Shown piece by piece: positions 53,101 through 64,000 of a stretch of 64,000 bases of DNA (positions are counted from its first letter, which is position 1; the number at the start of each line of letters is the position of its first letter). The translations under genes were made by a program, and so were the position numbers. The stretch is from Nemertoderma westbladi (lineage: Eukaryota > Animalia > Xenacoelomorpha): contig JAUCBJ010009089.1 of the NCBI GenBank assembly GCA_032718475.1, positions 959-64,958 on the forward strand, written 5' to 3'. The notes under the pieces were generated by a model that ran no database searches, was not told the origin of the DNA, and was given only the letters and a program-made list of their open reading frames with translations.

Positions 53101-56100
53101 ACAGATGCAAACAATTGTCGTAATATTGTGACAGCTACAAACAATTGTCGTAATATTGTGACAGCCACAAAAATTGCAGGAATGTTGTAACAGCCACAAA
53201 CAATTGCCGTAATATTAGAATTAATCTTCAAATAAACTTTTAAATTTATCATCAAAATAATATAAGTGTGTAAATTTACATCCTTATCAGCGGTGGGTTC
53301 ATCGAGCAGATCAAGATCGCTTGTGTACTGTAGATCGGTTGCTTATCAGGAGCAGCAGAGCCACCCAATATCAACGGAATATTACCCGTTATGACGTCAA
53401 TTTCTTCGTTAAACTAGAAAAAATATAGATACATTGGATTGTGTTAATAAACAATGCTTGCAGGTTTGCAAAAAGTAACTCTTGCAAACCTCTTACCATG
53501 GTAGTTTCACACACAAAATCTCACAGCTAAAACTATCTGTGTTGGGACAGTCACAAACAACTTCGGAATATTGTGACAGCCACAATCAATTGTAGTAATT
53601 TTGTAACAGCCACAAACAATTGTCTGAATGTTGTGACAGCTACAAACATTTGTCGCAATGTTGTGACAGCCACAAACAATTGTCCGAATGTTGTGACAGC
53701 CACAAACAATTGTCGTAATGTTTTGACAGCCAAAAACAATTGTCGCAATATTGTGACAGCCACAAACAATTGTCGCAATATTATGACAGCCACAAAAAAT
53801 ATCGTAATGTTGTGACAGTCACAAACAATTGTCGCAAGGTTGTGACAGCCACAAACAATTGTCGTAATGTTGTGACAGCCACAAACAATTGTCGCAAAGT
53901 TGTTACAGCCACAAACAATTGTCGTAATGTTGTGACAGCAACAAACAATTGTCGTAATGTTGTGTCAGCTACAAACAATTGTCGCAATGTTGTGACAGCC
54001 ACAAACAATTGTACGAATGCTGTGACAGCTACAAACAATTGTCGTAATGTTGTGACAGCCACAAACAATCGTACAAATGTTGTGACAGCAACAAACAATT
54101 GTATGAATGTTGTGACAGCTACAAACAATTGTCGTAATGTAGTGACAACTACAAACAATTGTCGTAATGTTGTGACAGCCACAAACAATTGTAGTAATTT
54201 TGTGACAGCCACAAACAATTGTCCGAATGTTGTGATAGCTACAAACAATTGTCGTAATGTTGTGACAGCTACAAACCGAATGTTGTGATAGCTACAAACA
54301 ATTGTCGTAATGTTGTGACAGCTACAATACAATTGTCGTAATTTTGTGACAGCCACAAACAATTGTCGTAATGTTGTTACAGCCACAAACAATTATTGTC
54401 GTAATGTTGTGAAAGCAAAAAACAATTATCGCAATCTTGTGACAGCTACAAACAATTGTAGTAATGTTGTGACAGCCACAAACAATTATTGTCGTAATGT
54501 TGTGACAGCCACAAACAATTATTATCGTAATGTTGTGACAGCCACAAACAATTGTAGTAATTTTGTGACAGCCACTAACAATTGTAGTAATTTTGTGACA
54601 GCCACAAACAATTATTGTCGTAATGTTGTGACAGCCACAAACAATTGTAGTAGTTTTGTGACAGCCACAAACAATTGTAGTAATTTTGTGACAGCCACAA
54701 ACAATTATTGTCGTAATGTTGTGAAAGCAAAAAACAATTATCGCAATCTTGTGACAGCTACAAACAATTGTAGTAATGTTGTGACAGCCACAAACAATTA
54801 TTGTCGTAATGTTGTGACAGCCACAAACAATTATTGTCGTAATGTTGTGACAGTCACAAACAATTATTGTCGTAATGTTGTGACAGCCACAAACTAATAC
54901 CAAAATGTTGTGGCAGCTGCTAATAATTGCAATAATTTTGTGACTGACATACACAAACAAATGTCACAATTAATCATCAACTAAATATTTAAATTTATTA
55001 TCAAAATAATGTAAGTGTGTAAATTTACCTCCTTATCAGCGGTGGGTTCATCGAGCAGATCAAGATCGCTTGTGCAGATCGGTTGCTTATCAGGAGCAGC
55101 AGAGCCACCCAATATCAACGGAATATTATCCGTTATGTCGTCAATTTCTTCGTTAAACTAGAAAAAATATAGATACATTGGATTGTGTTAATAAACAATG
55201 CTTGCAGGTTTGCAAAAAGTAACTCTTGCAACCTTCTTACCATTAGGTAAGATCTTACCAAATTAATTACAATAATTCGGAGTGAACAATAAATCCGTCT
55301 ACAAACTGCAACTTTACTATGTATGTGAGAGATATATTTCCAGCCTGCTTCCAAAATAGCCAATCGGAATGGCAGTACAATATTCTAGAATGCATATTAA
55401 GCATAGAATATATGCAAAGCATAGCCAGCTGGCTTTGGAGGACCTGGTATTATTCACATGGGCACTTATTGGCATTCGGAGCTCTGTATGCAACCTTTAT
55501 GTATGTGCATTAAGTCAATATAATATCATGTGAAGAAAACCTTTGTATTACTAAATTGAAACTAGGCTTATGAACTTTCTGTGGAATACAACTATCAAAG
55601 TGTTTTGATCCGTTCTTGTGATATTTAGCATCGAAATTTTACGAATAAAGATAGAATGGTCTTTATTCCTACATATGTACATGTATGGAAGGAAGGTGAA
55701 ACAAAGGCAACATAATATTTTCATAAAAATAGCGGATATTTACGGGCGGTGAAATAGGCAGTTTTTTAGAACGAAATTTCTTAGGGATGGATGATAAGGG
55801 ATAAAATATTATTTGTTTTAAAAGGTATTGTAATAAACGTTTCATATTTTTATATTACAGGATCAAGCAACAATATCAAGCAATAAAGTAATTTAGTAAA
55901 AGTAGCCAATTTTATTTTATAAAAAGAATAAAATGGCGTATTGCTAACAATGCAAAGTAAGACTACATTCTTTCACGTCTCGAGAATGTTGAAAGAAATT
56001 TATGCTTTTCTTGTTTAAAGTTCCCTAATACCTAAAAATAATGTCTATTACCAAATATTTGAGGACATTATGTATATGGAAAGTTGTGAGATATAAGATT

Positions 56101-56201
56101 TAAATGCATTTAATTTATTAAGTGCATTGCCAAGTCAGTACGTTACAAAAGTGTTTAAAAATTTCATATTTGAGATAGAGAAGCATTTCGCCTTGTTTTT
56201 A

Positions 56202-56684
56202 CCATTTTAGGTTTATATATTATACTCCAAGCCATACTTACAAGTCTTCCTCATCTTACATACCTTGTGCGGTATTTCTGTTTTTTTAGTTTATTTCCCT
56301 GATGATGCCCCTAGTGGGAGAAATTAATTGGATTGTATAATAAAACAGATAGAGTCGGGCGTAAAGAAACTCCTTTATTTCTCAGTCAGTACACGAAATG
56401 CATTGTCGCGCCCTGAAGTCGGCTTGCCGTTTGATTAATAACTTTAATATGATAGATGTCTGGCTATGAGTAAAATGCAATGACTTCACATATATATGTC
56501 TTAAGTCAAATGTGAATGAGCTACAAGTACGTTAAAGCACCAATATTAACATTATGTGAAGAAAACCTTTGTATTCATTCAGACTGGACCACATTGACTA
56601 TTATAGGGTCTTCTCGGTTTTTTCAGAATCAATATGCCTAAAATGATCTATGGCTATGAGTAAAGGGTAACAGTATAACATAAA
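56202..56684. repeat. Head segment of the composite macro-repeat, copy 2
   Basis: Near-identical to 41253-41734. Confidence 0.95.
56295..56333 (+). ncRNA. Minimal type I hammerhead-ribozyme-like motif, copy 2
   Basis: Same sequence as 41346-41384. Confidence 0.5.
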
Positions 56685-59600
56685 GGCTATCGTCCCCAAC
56701 ACCCCCACTTCTTTTCTTGGGGGCTATCGTCCCCAACACCCCCACTTCTTTTCTTGGGGGCTATCGTCCCCAACACCCCCGCTTCTTTTCTTGTGGGCTA
56801 TCGTCCCCAACACCCCCACTTCTTTTCTTGGGGGCAATCGTCCCCAACAACCCCACTTCTTTTCTTGGGGGCTATCGTCCCCAACACCCCCACTTCTTTT
56901 CTTGGGGGATATCGTCGCCAACACCCCCACTTCTTTTCTTGGGGGATATCGTCGCCAACACCCCCACTTATTTTCTTGGGGGCTATCGTCCCCAACACCC
57001 CCACTTCTTTTCTTGGGGGCTATCGTCCCCAACACCCCCACTTATTTTCTTGGGGGCTATCGTCCCCAACACCCCCACTTCTTTTCTTGGGGGCTATCGT
57101 CCCCAACACCCCCACTTCTTTTCTTGGGGGCTATCGTCCTCAACACCCCCACTTCTTTTCTTGGGGGCAATCGTCCCCAACACCCCCACTTCTTTTCTTG
57201 GGGGCTATCGTCCCCAACACCCCCACTTCTTTTCTTGGGGGATATCGTCGCCAACACCCCCACTTATTTTCTTGGGGGCTATCGTCCCCAACACCCCCAC
57301 TTCTTTTCTTGGGGGCTATCGTCCCCAACACCCCCACTTCTTTTCTTGGGGGCTATCGTCCCCAACACCCCCACTTCTTTTCTTGTGGGCTATCGTCCCC
57401 CCCAACACCCCCACTTCTTTTCTTGGGGGCTATCGTCCCCAACACCCCCTCTTCTTTTCTTGGGGGTTATCGTCCCCAACACCCCCACTTATTTTCTTGG
57501 GGGCTATCGTCCCCAACACCCCCACTTATTTTCTTGGGGGCTATCGTCCCCAACACCCCCACTTCTTTTCTTGGGGGCAATCGTCCCCAACACCCCCACT
57601 TCTTTTCTTGGGGGCTATCGTCCCCAACACCCCCACTTCTTTTATTGGGGGATATCGTCGCCAACACCCCCACTTCTTTTCTTGGGGGCTATCGTCCCCA
57701 ACACCCCCACTTCTTTTCTTGGGGGCTATCGTCCCCAACACCCCCACTTCTTTTCTTGGGGGCTATCGTCGCCAACACCCCCACTTCTTTTCTTGGGGGC
57801 TATCGTCCCCAACACCCCCACTTCTTTTCTTGGGGGCTATCGTCCCCAACACCCCCACTTCTTTTCTTGGGGGCTATCGTCGCCAACACCCCCACTTCTT
57901 TTCTTGGGGGCTATCGTCCCCAACACCCCTACTTCTTTTCTTGGGGGCTATCGTCCCCAACACCCCCACTTCTTTTCTTGGGGGCTATCGTCCCCAACAC
58001 CCCCACTTCTTTTCTTGGGGGCTATCGTCCCCAACACCCCCACTTCTTTTCTTGGGGGCTATCGTCCCCAACACCCCCACTTCTTTTCTTGGGGGCAATC
58101 GTCCCCAACACCCCCACTTCTTTTCTTGGGGGCTATCGTCCCCAACACCCCCACTTCTTTTCTTGGGGGCTATCGTCGCCAACACCCCCACTTCTTTTCT
58201 TGGGGGCTATCGTCCCCAACACCCCCACTTCTTTTCTTGGGGGCTATCGTCCCCAACACCCCCACTTCTTTTCTTGGGGGCTATCGTCCCCAACACCCCC
58301 ACTTCTTTTCTTGGGGGCTATCGTCCCCAACACCCCCACTTCTTTTCTTGGGGGCTATCGTCCCCAACACCCCCACTTCTTTTCTTGGGGGCTATCGTCC
58401 CCAACACCCCCACTTCTTTTCTTGGGGGCTATCGTCCCCAACACCCCCACTTCTTTTCTTGGGGGCTATCGTCCCAACACCCCCACTTCTTTTCTTGGGG
58501 GCTATCGTCCCCAACACCCCCACTTCTTTTCTTGGGGGCTATCGTCCCCAACACCCCCACTTCTTTTCTTGGGGGCTATCGTCCCCAACACCCCCACTTC
58601 TTTTCTTGGGGGCTATCGTCCCCAACACCCCCACTTCTTTTCTTGGGGGCTATCGTCCCCAACACCCCCACTTCTTTTCTTGGGGGCTATCGTCCCCAAC
58701 ACCCCCACTTCTTTTCTTGGGGGCTATCGTCCCCAACACCCCCACTTCTTTTCTTGGGGGCTATCGTCCCCAACACCCCCACTTCTTTTCTTGGGGGCTA
58801 TCGTCCCCAACACCCCCACTTCTTTTCTTGGGGGCTATCGTCCCCAACACCCCCACTTCTTTTCTTGGGGGCTATCGTCCCCAACACCCCCACTTCTTTT
58901 CTTGGGGGCTATCGTCCCCAACACCCCCACTTCTTTTCTTGTGGGCTATCGTCCCCAACACCCCCACTTCTTTTCTTGGGGGCTATCGTCCCCAACACCC
59001 CCACTTCTTTTCTTGGGGGATATCGTCCCCAACACCCCCACTTCTTTTCTTGGGGGCTATCGTCCCCAACACCCCCACTTCTTTTCTTGGGGGCTATCGT
59101 CCCCAACACCCCCACTTCTTTTCTTGGGGGCTATCGTCCCCAACACCCCCACTTCTTTTCTTGGGGGCTATCGTCCCCAACACCCCCACTTCTTTTCTTG
59201 GGGGCTATCGTCCCCAACACCCCCACTTCTTTTCTTGGGGGCTATCGTCCCCAACACCCCCACTTATTTTCTTGGGGGCTATCGTCCCCAACACCCCCAC
59301 TTCTTTTCTTGGGGGCTATCGTCCCCAACACCCCCACTTCTTTTCTTGGGGGATATCGTCCCCAACACCCCACTTCTTTTCTTGGGGGCTATCGTCCCCA
59401 ACACCCCCACTTCTTTTCTTGGGGGCTATCGTCCCCAACACCCCCACTTCTTTTCTTGGGGGCTATCGTCCCCAACACCCCCACTTCATTTCTTGGGGGC
59501 TATCGTCCCCAACACCCCCACTTCTTTTCTTGGGGGCTATCGTCCCCAACACCCCCACTTCTTTTCTTGGGGGCTATCGTCCCCAACACCCCCACTTCTT

Positions 59601-62600
59601 TTCTTGGGGGATATCGTCCCCAACACCCCCACTTCTTTTCTTGGGGGCTATCGTCCCCAACACCCCCACTTCTTTTCTTGGGGGCTATCGTCCCCAACAC
59701 CCCCACTTCTTTTCTTGGGGGCTATCGTCCCCAACACCCCCACTTCTTTTCTTGGGGGCTATCGTCCCCAACACCCCACTTCTTTTCTTGGGGGCTATCG
59801 TCCCCAACACCCCCACTTCTTTTCTTGGGGGCTATCGTCCCCAACACCCCCACTTCTTTTCTTGGGGGCTATCGTTCCCAACACCCCCACTTCTTTTCTT
59901 GTGCTCTATCGTCCCCTACACCCCCACTTCTTTTCTCGGGGGCTATCGTCCCCAACACTCCCACTTCTTTTCTTGGGGGATATCGTCCCCAACACCCCCA
60001 CTTCTTTTCTTGGGGGCTATCGTCCCCAACACCCCCACTTCTTTTCTTGTGGGCTATCGTCCCCAACACCCCCACTTATTTTCTTGGGGGCTATCGTCCC
60101 CAACACCCCCACTTCTTTTCTTGTGGGCTATCGTCCCCAACACCCCCACTTCTTTTCTTGGGGGCTATCGTCCCCAACACCCCCACTTCTTTTCTTGGGG
60201 GATATCGTCCCCAACACCCCCACTTATTTTCTTGGGGGCTATCGTCCCCAACACCCCCACTTCTTTTCTTGGGGGCTATCGTCCCCAACACCCCCACTTC
60301 TTTTCTTGGGGGCTATCGTCCCCAACACCCCCACTTCTTTTCTTGGGGGCTATCGTCCCCAACACCCCCACTTCTGTTCTTGGGGGCTATTGTCCCCAAC
60401 ACCCCCACTTATTTTTTGTGGGCTATCGTCCCCAACACCCCCACTTATTTTCTTGGGGGCTATCGTCCCCAACACCCCCACTTCTTTTCTTAGGGGATAT
60501 CGTCCCCAACACCCCTACTTCTTTTCTTGGGGGCTATCGTCCCCAACACCCCTACTTCTTTTCTTGGGGGATATTGTCCCCAACACCCCAACTTCTTTTC
60601 TTGGGGGCTATCGTCCCCAACACCCCACTTCTTTTCTTGGGGGCTATCGTCGACAACACCCCCACTTCTTTTCTTGGGGGCTATCGTCCCCAACACCCCC
60701 ACTCCATTTCTTGGGGGCTATCGTCCCCAACACCCCCACTTCTTTTCTTGGGGGATATCGTCCCCAACACCCCCACTTCTTTTCTTGGGGGCTATCGTCC
60801 CCAACACCCCCACTTCTTTTCTTGGGGGCTATCGTTCCCAACACCCCCACTTCTTTTCTTGGGGGCTATCGTCCCCAACACCCCCACTTCTTTTCTTGGG
60901 GGCTATCGTCCCCAACACCCCACTTCTTTTCTTGGGGGCTATCGTCCCCAACACCCCCACTTCTTTTCTTGGGGGCTATCGTCCCCAACACCCCCACTTC
61001 TTTTCTTGGGGGCTATCGTTCCCAACACCCCCACTTCTTTTCTCGGTTGCTATCGTCCCCAACACTCCCACTTCTTTTCTTGGGGGATATCGTCCCCAAC
61101 ACCCCCACTTCTTTTCTTGGGGGCTATCGTCCCCAACACCCCCACTTCTTTTCTTGTGGGCTATCGTCCCCAACACCCCCACTTATTTTCTTGGGGGCTA
61201 TCGTCCCCAACACCCCCACTTCTTTTCTTGTGGGCTATCGTCCCCAACACCCCCACTTCTTTTCTTGGGGGCTATCGTCCCCAACACCCCCACTTCTTTT
61301 CTTGGGGGATATCGTCCCCAACACCCCCACTTATTTTCTTGGGGGCTATCGTCCCCAACACCCCCACTTCTTTTCTTGGGGGCTATCGTCCCCAACACCC
61401 CCACTTCTTTTCTTGGGGGCTATCGTCCCCAACACCTCCACTTCTTTTCTTGTGGGCTATCGTCCCCAACACACCCACTTCTTTTATTGGGGGCTATCGT
61501 CCCCAACACCCCCACTTCTTTTCTTGGGGGCTATCGTCCCAAACACCCCCACTTCTTTTCTTGGGGGCTATCGTCCCAAACACCCCCACTTCTTTTCTTG
61601 GGGGCTATCGTCGCCAACACCCCCACTTCTTTTCTTGGGGGTTATTGTCCCCAACACACCCACTTCTTTTCTTGGGGGCTATCGTCCCCAACACCCCACT
61701 TCATTTCTTGGGGGCTATCGTCCCCAACACCCCCACTTCTTTTCTTGGGGGATATCGTCCCCAACACCACCACTTCTTTTCTTGGGGGATATCGTCCCCA
61801 ACACCCCCACTTCTTTTCTTGGGGGCTATCGTCCCCAACACCTCCACTTCTTTTCTTGTGGGCTATCGTCCCCAACACACCCACTTCATTTCTTGGGGGC
61901 TATCGTCCCCAACACCCCCACTTCTTTTCTTGGGGGATATCGTCCCCAACACCACCACTTCTTTTCTTGGGGGATATCGTCCCCAACACCCCCACTTCTT
62001 TTCTTGGGGGCTATCGTCCCCAACACCCCCACTTCTTTTCTTGGGGGCTATCGTCGCCAACACCCCCACTTCTTTTCTTGGGGGCTATCGTCCCCAACAC
62101 CCCCACTTCTTTTCTTGGGGGCTATCGTCCCCAACACCCCCACTTCATTTCTTGGGGGCTATTGTCCCCAACACCCCTGCTTCTTTTCTTGGGGGCAATC
62201 GTCCCCAACACCCCCACTTCTTTTCTTGGGGGCTATCGTCCCCAACACCCCCACTTCTTTTCTTGGGGGCTATCGTCGCCAACACCCCCACTTATTTTCT
62301 TGGGGGCTATCGTCCCCAACACCCCCACTTCTTTTCTTGGGGGCTATCGTCCCCAACACTCCCACTTCATTTCTTGGGGGCTATTGTCGCCAACACCCCC
62401 ACTTCTTTTCTTGGGGGCTATCGTCCCCAACACCCCCACTTCTTCTCTTGGGGGCTATCGTCCCCAACACCCCCACTTCATTTCTTGGGGGCTATCGTCC
62501 CCAACACCCCCACTTCTTTTCGTGGGGGCTGTCGTCCCCAACACCCCCACTTCTTTTCTTGGGGGCTATCGTCCCCAACACCGCCACTTCTTTTCTTGGG

Positions 62601-62776
62601 GGCTATCGTCCCCAACACCCCCACTTATTTTCTTGGGGGCTATCGTACCCAACACCCCCACTTCTTTTCTTGGGGGCTATCGTCCCCAACACCCCCACTT
62701 CTTTTCTTGGGGGCTATCGTCCCCAACACCCCCACTTCTTTTCTTGGGGGCTAGCGTTTTCTTTTTTCTTGGGGAC
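56685..62776. repeat. 37-bp satellite, about 164 copies
   Basis: Same unit as the 41735 array. Most homogeneous in the centre, with more variants toward the ends. Confidence 0.98.
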
Positions 62777-64000
62777 CACAAACAATTGTCGCAATATTGT
62801 GACAGCCACAAAAAAATATCGTAATGTTGTGACAGTCACAAACAATTGTCGCAAGGTTGTGACAGCCACAAACAATTGTCGTAATGTTGTGACAGCCACA
62901 AACAATTGTCTTAATGTTGCGACAGCCACAAACAATTGTCGTAAAATTGTGACAGCTACAAACAATTGTCCGAATGTTGTGATAGCCACAAACAATTGTC
63001 GTAGTATTGTGACAACCACAAACAATTGTCGTAATGTTGTGACGGCCACAAACAATTGTCCGAATGTTGTGACAGCCACAAACAATTGTCGTAATGTTGC
63101 GACAGTCACAAACAATTGTCGTAATATTGTGACAGCCACAAAAAATTGTCGTAATGTTGTGACGGCCACAAACAATTGTCCGAATGTTGTGACAGCCACA
63201 AACAATTGTCGTAATGTTGCGACAGCCACAAACAATTGTCGCAATATTCTGACAGCCACAATCAATTGTCACAATGTTGTGACAGCCACAAACAATTGTC
63301 GCAATGTTGTGACAACCACAAACAATTGTAGCAATATTGTGACAGCCACAAAGAATTGTCGTATTATTGTGACAGCTACAAACAATTGTCGTAATATTGT
63401 GACAGCCACAATCAATTGTCACAATGTTGTGACAGCCACAAACAATTGTCGTAATATTGTGACAGCCACAATCAATTGTCACAATGTTGTGACAGCCACA
63501 AACCATTGTCGTAATGTTGCGACAGCCACAAACAATTGTCGTAACATTGTGACAGCTACAAACAATTGTCGTAATATTGTGACAGCCACAATCAATTGTC
63601 ACAATGTTGTGACGGCCACAAACAATTGTCCAAATGTTGTAACAGCCACAAACAATTGCCGTAATATTAGAATTAATCTTCAAATAAACTTTTAAATTTA
63701 TCATCAAAATAATATAAGTGTGTAAATGTACCTCTTTATCAGCGGTGGGTTCATCGAGCAGATCAAGATCGCTTGTGCAGATCGGTTGCTTATCAGGAGC
63801 AGCAGAGCCACCCAATATCAACGGAATATTATCCGTTATGTCGTCAATTTCTTCGTTAAACTAAAAAAAATATAGATACATTGGATTGTGTTAATAAACA
63901 ATGCTTGCAGGTTTGCAAAAAGTAACTCTTGCAAACCTCTTACCATGGTAGTTTCACACACAAAATCTCACAGCTAAAACTAACTGTGTTGGGACACTAA
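62777..64000. repeat. 30-bp satellite block plus spacer cassette of macro-repeat copy 2, running off the window
   Basis: Same variant order as 42504-43667, with two extra monomers. Confidence 0.95.

Larger units (their letters stand above)
42504..54960. repeat. 30-bp satellite with higher-order repeats, interrupted by ~310-bp spacer cassettes and one N gap
   Basis: Unit GACAGCCACAAACAATTGTCGTAATGTTGT. Cassettes at ~43340, 44900, 46700, 48745 and 53220, with a sixth at ~54985 closing the array. Confidence 0.97.

Noticed and set aside
42504-54960. CRISPR-like array (30-37-bp repeats)
   Set aside because: The monomers are directly tandem with no unique spacers, there are no cas genes, and the context is eukaryotic.
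56717-63695. ORFs of 1258-2313 aa
   Set aside because: They arise from a 37-bp monomer with no plus-strand stop. The same peptide appears in all three frames, the starts are TTG, and there is no domain content.

Overview
AT-rich eukaryotic DNA, most likely from an invertebrate animal, with one 100-N assembly gap at 47006-47105. Bases 1-41250 are a dense field of decayed transposons. These include piggyBac-type TTAA MITEs, long-TIR MITEs, a Mutator transposase remnant, a Mutator-type MITE with a 9-bp TSD, CR1-like and RTE-like LINE fragments, and one 5'-truncated LINE with a 10-bp TSD. There is also an IS3EU-like DNA transposon remnant whose integrase lies tail-to-tail with an intronless alpha-kinase pseudogene. 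The only clear host exon encodes the second half of a mucin-type CysD (WxxW) domain at 29747-29926. Bases 41253-64000 are a composite macro-repeat with a period of 14949 bp. Each unit runs: a ~480-bp head carrying a minimal hammerhead-ribozyme-like motif, a 37-bp hairpin satellite, then a 30-bp satellite with higher-order structure that is interrupted by repeated copies of a spliceable exon cassette. The very long ORFs in this half are by-products of stop-free satellite monomers. All alignments and motif calls were made by eye and no database searches were run.
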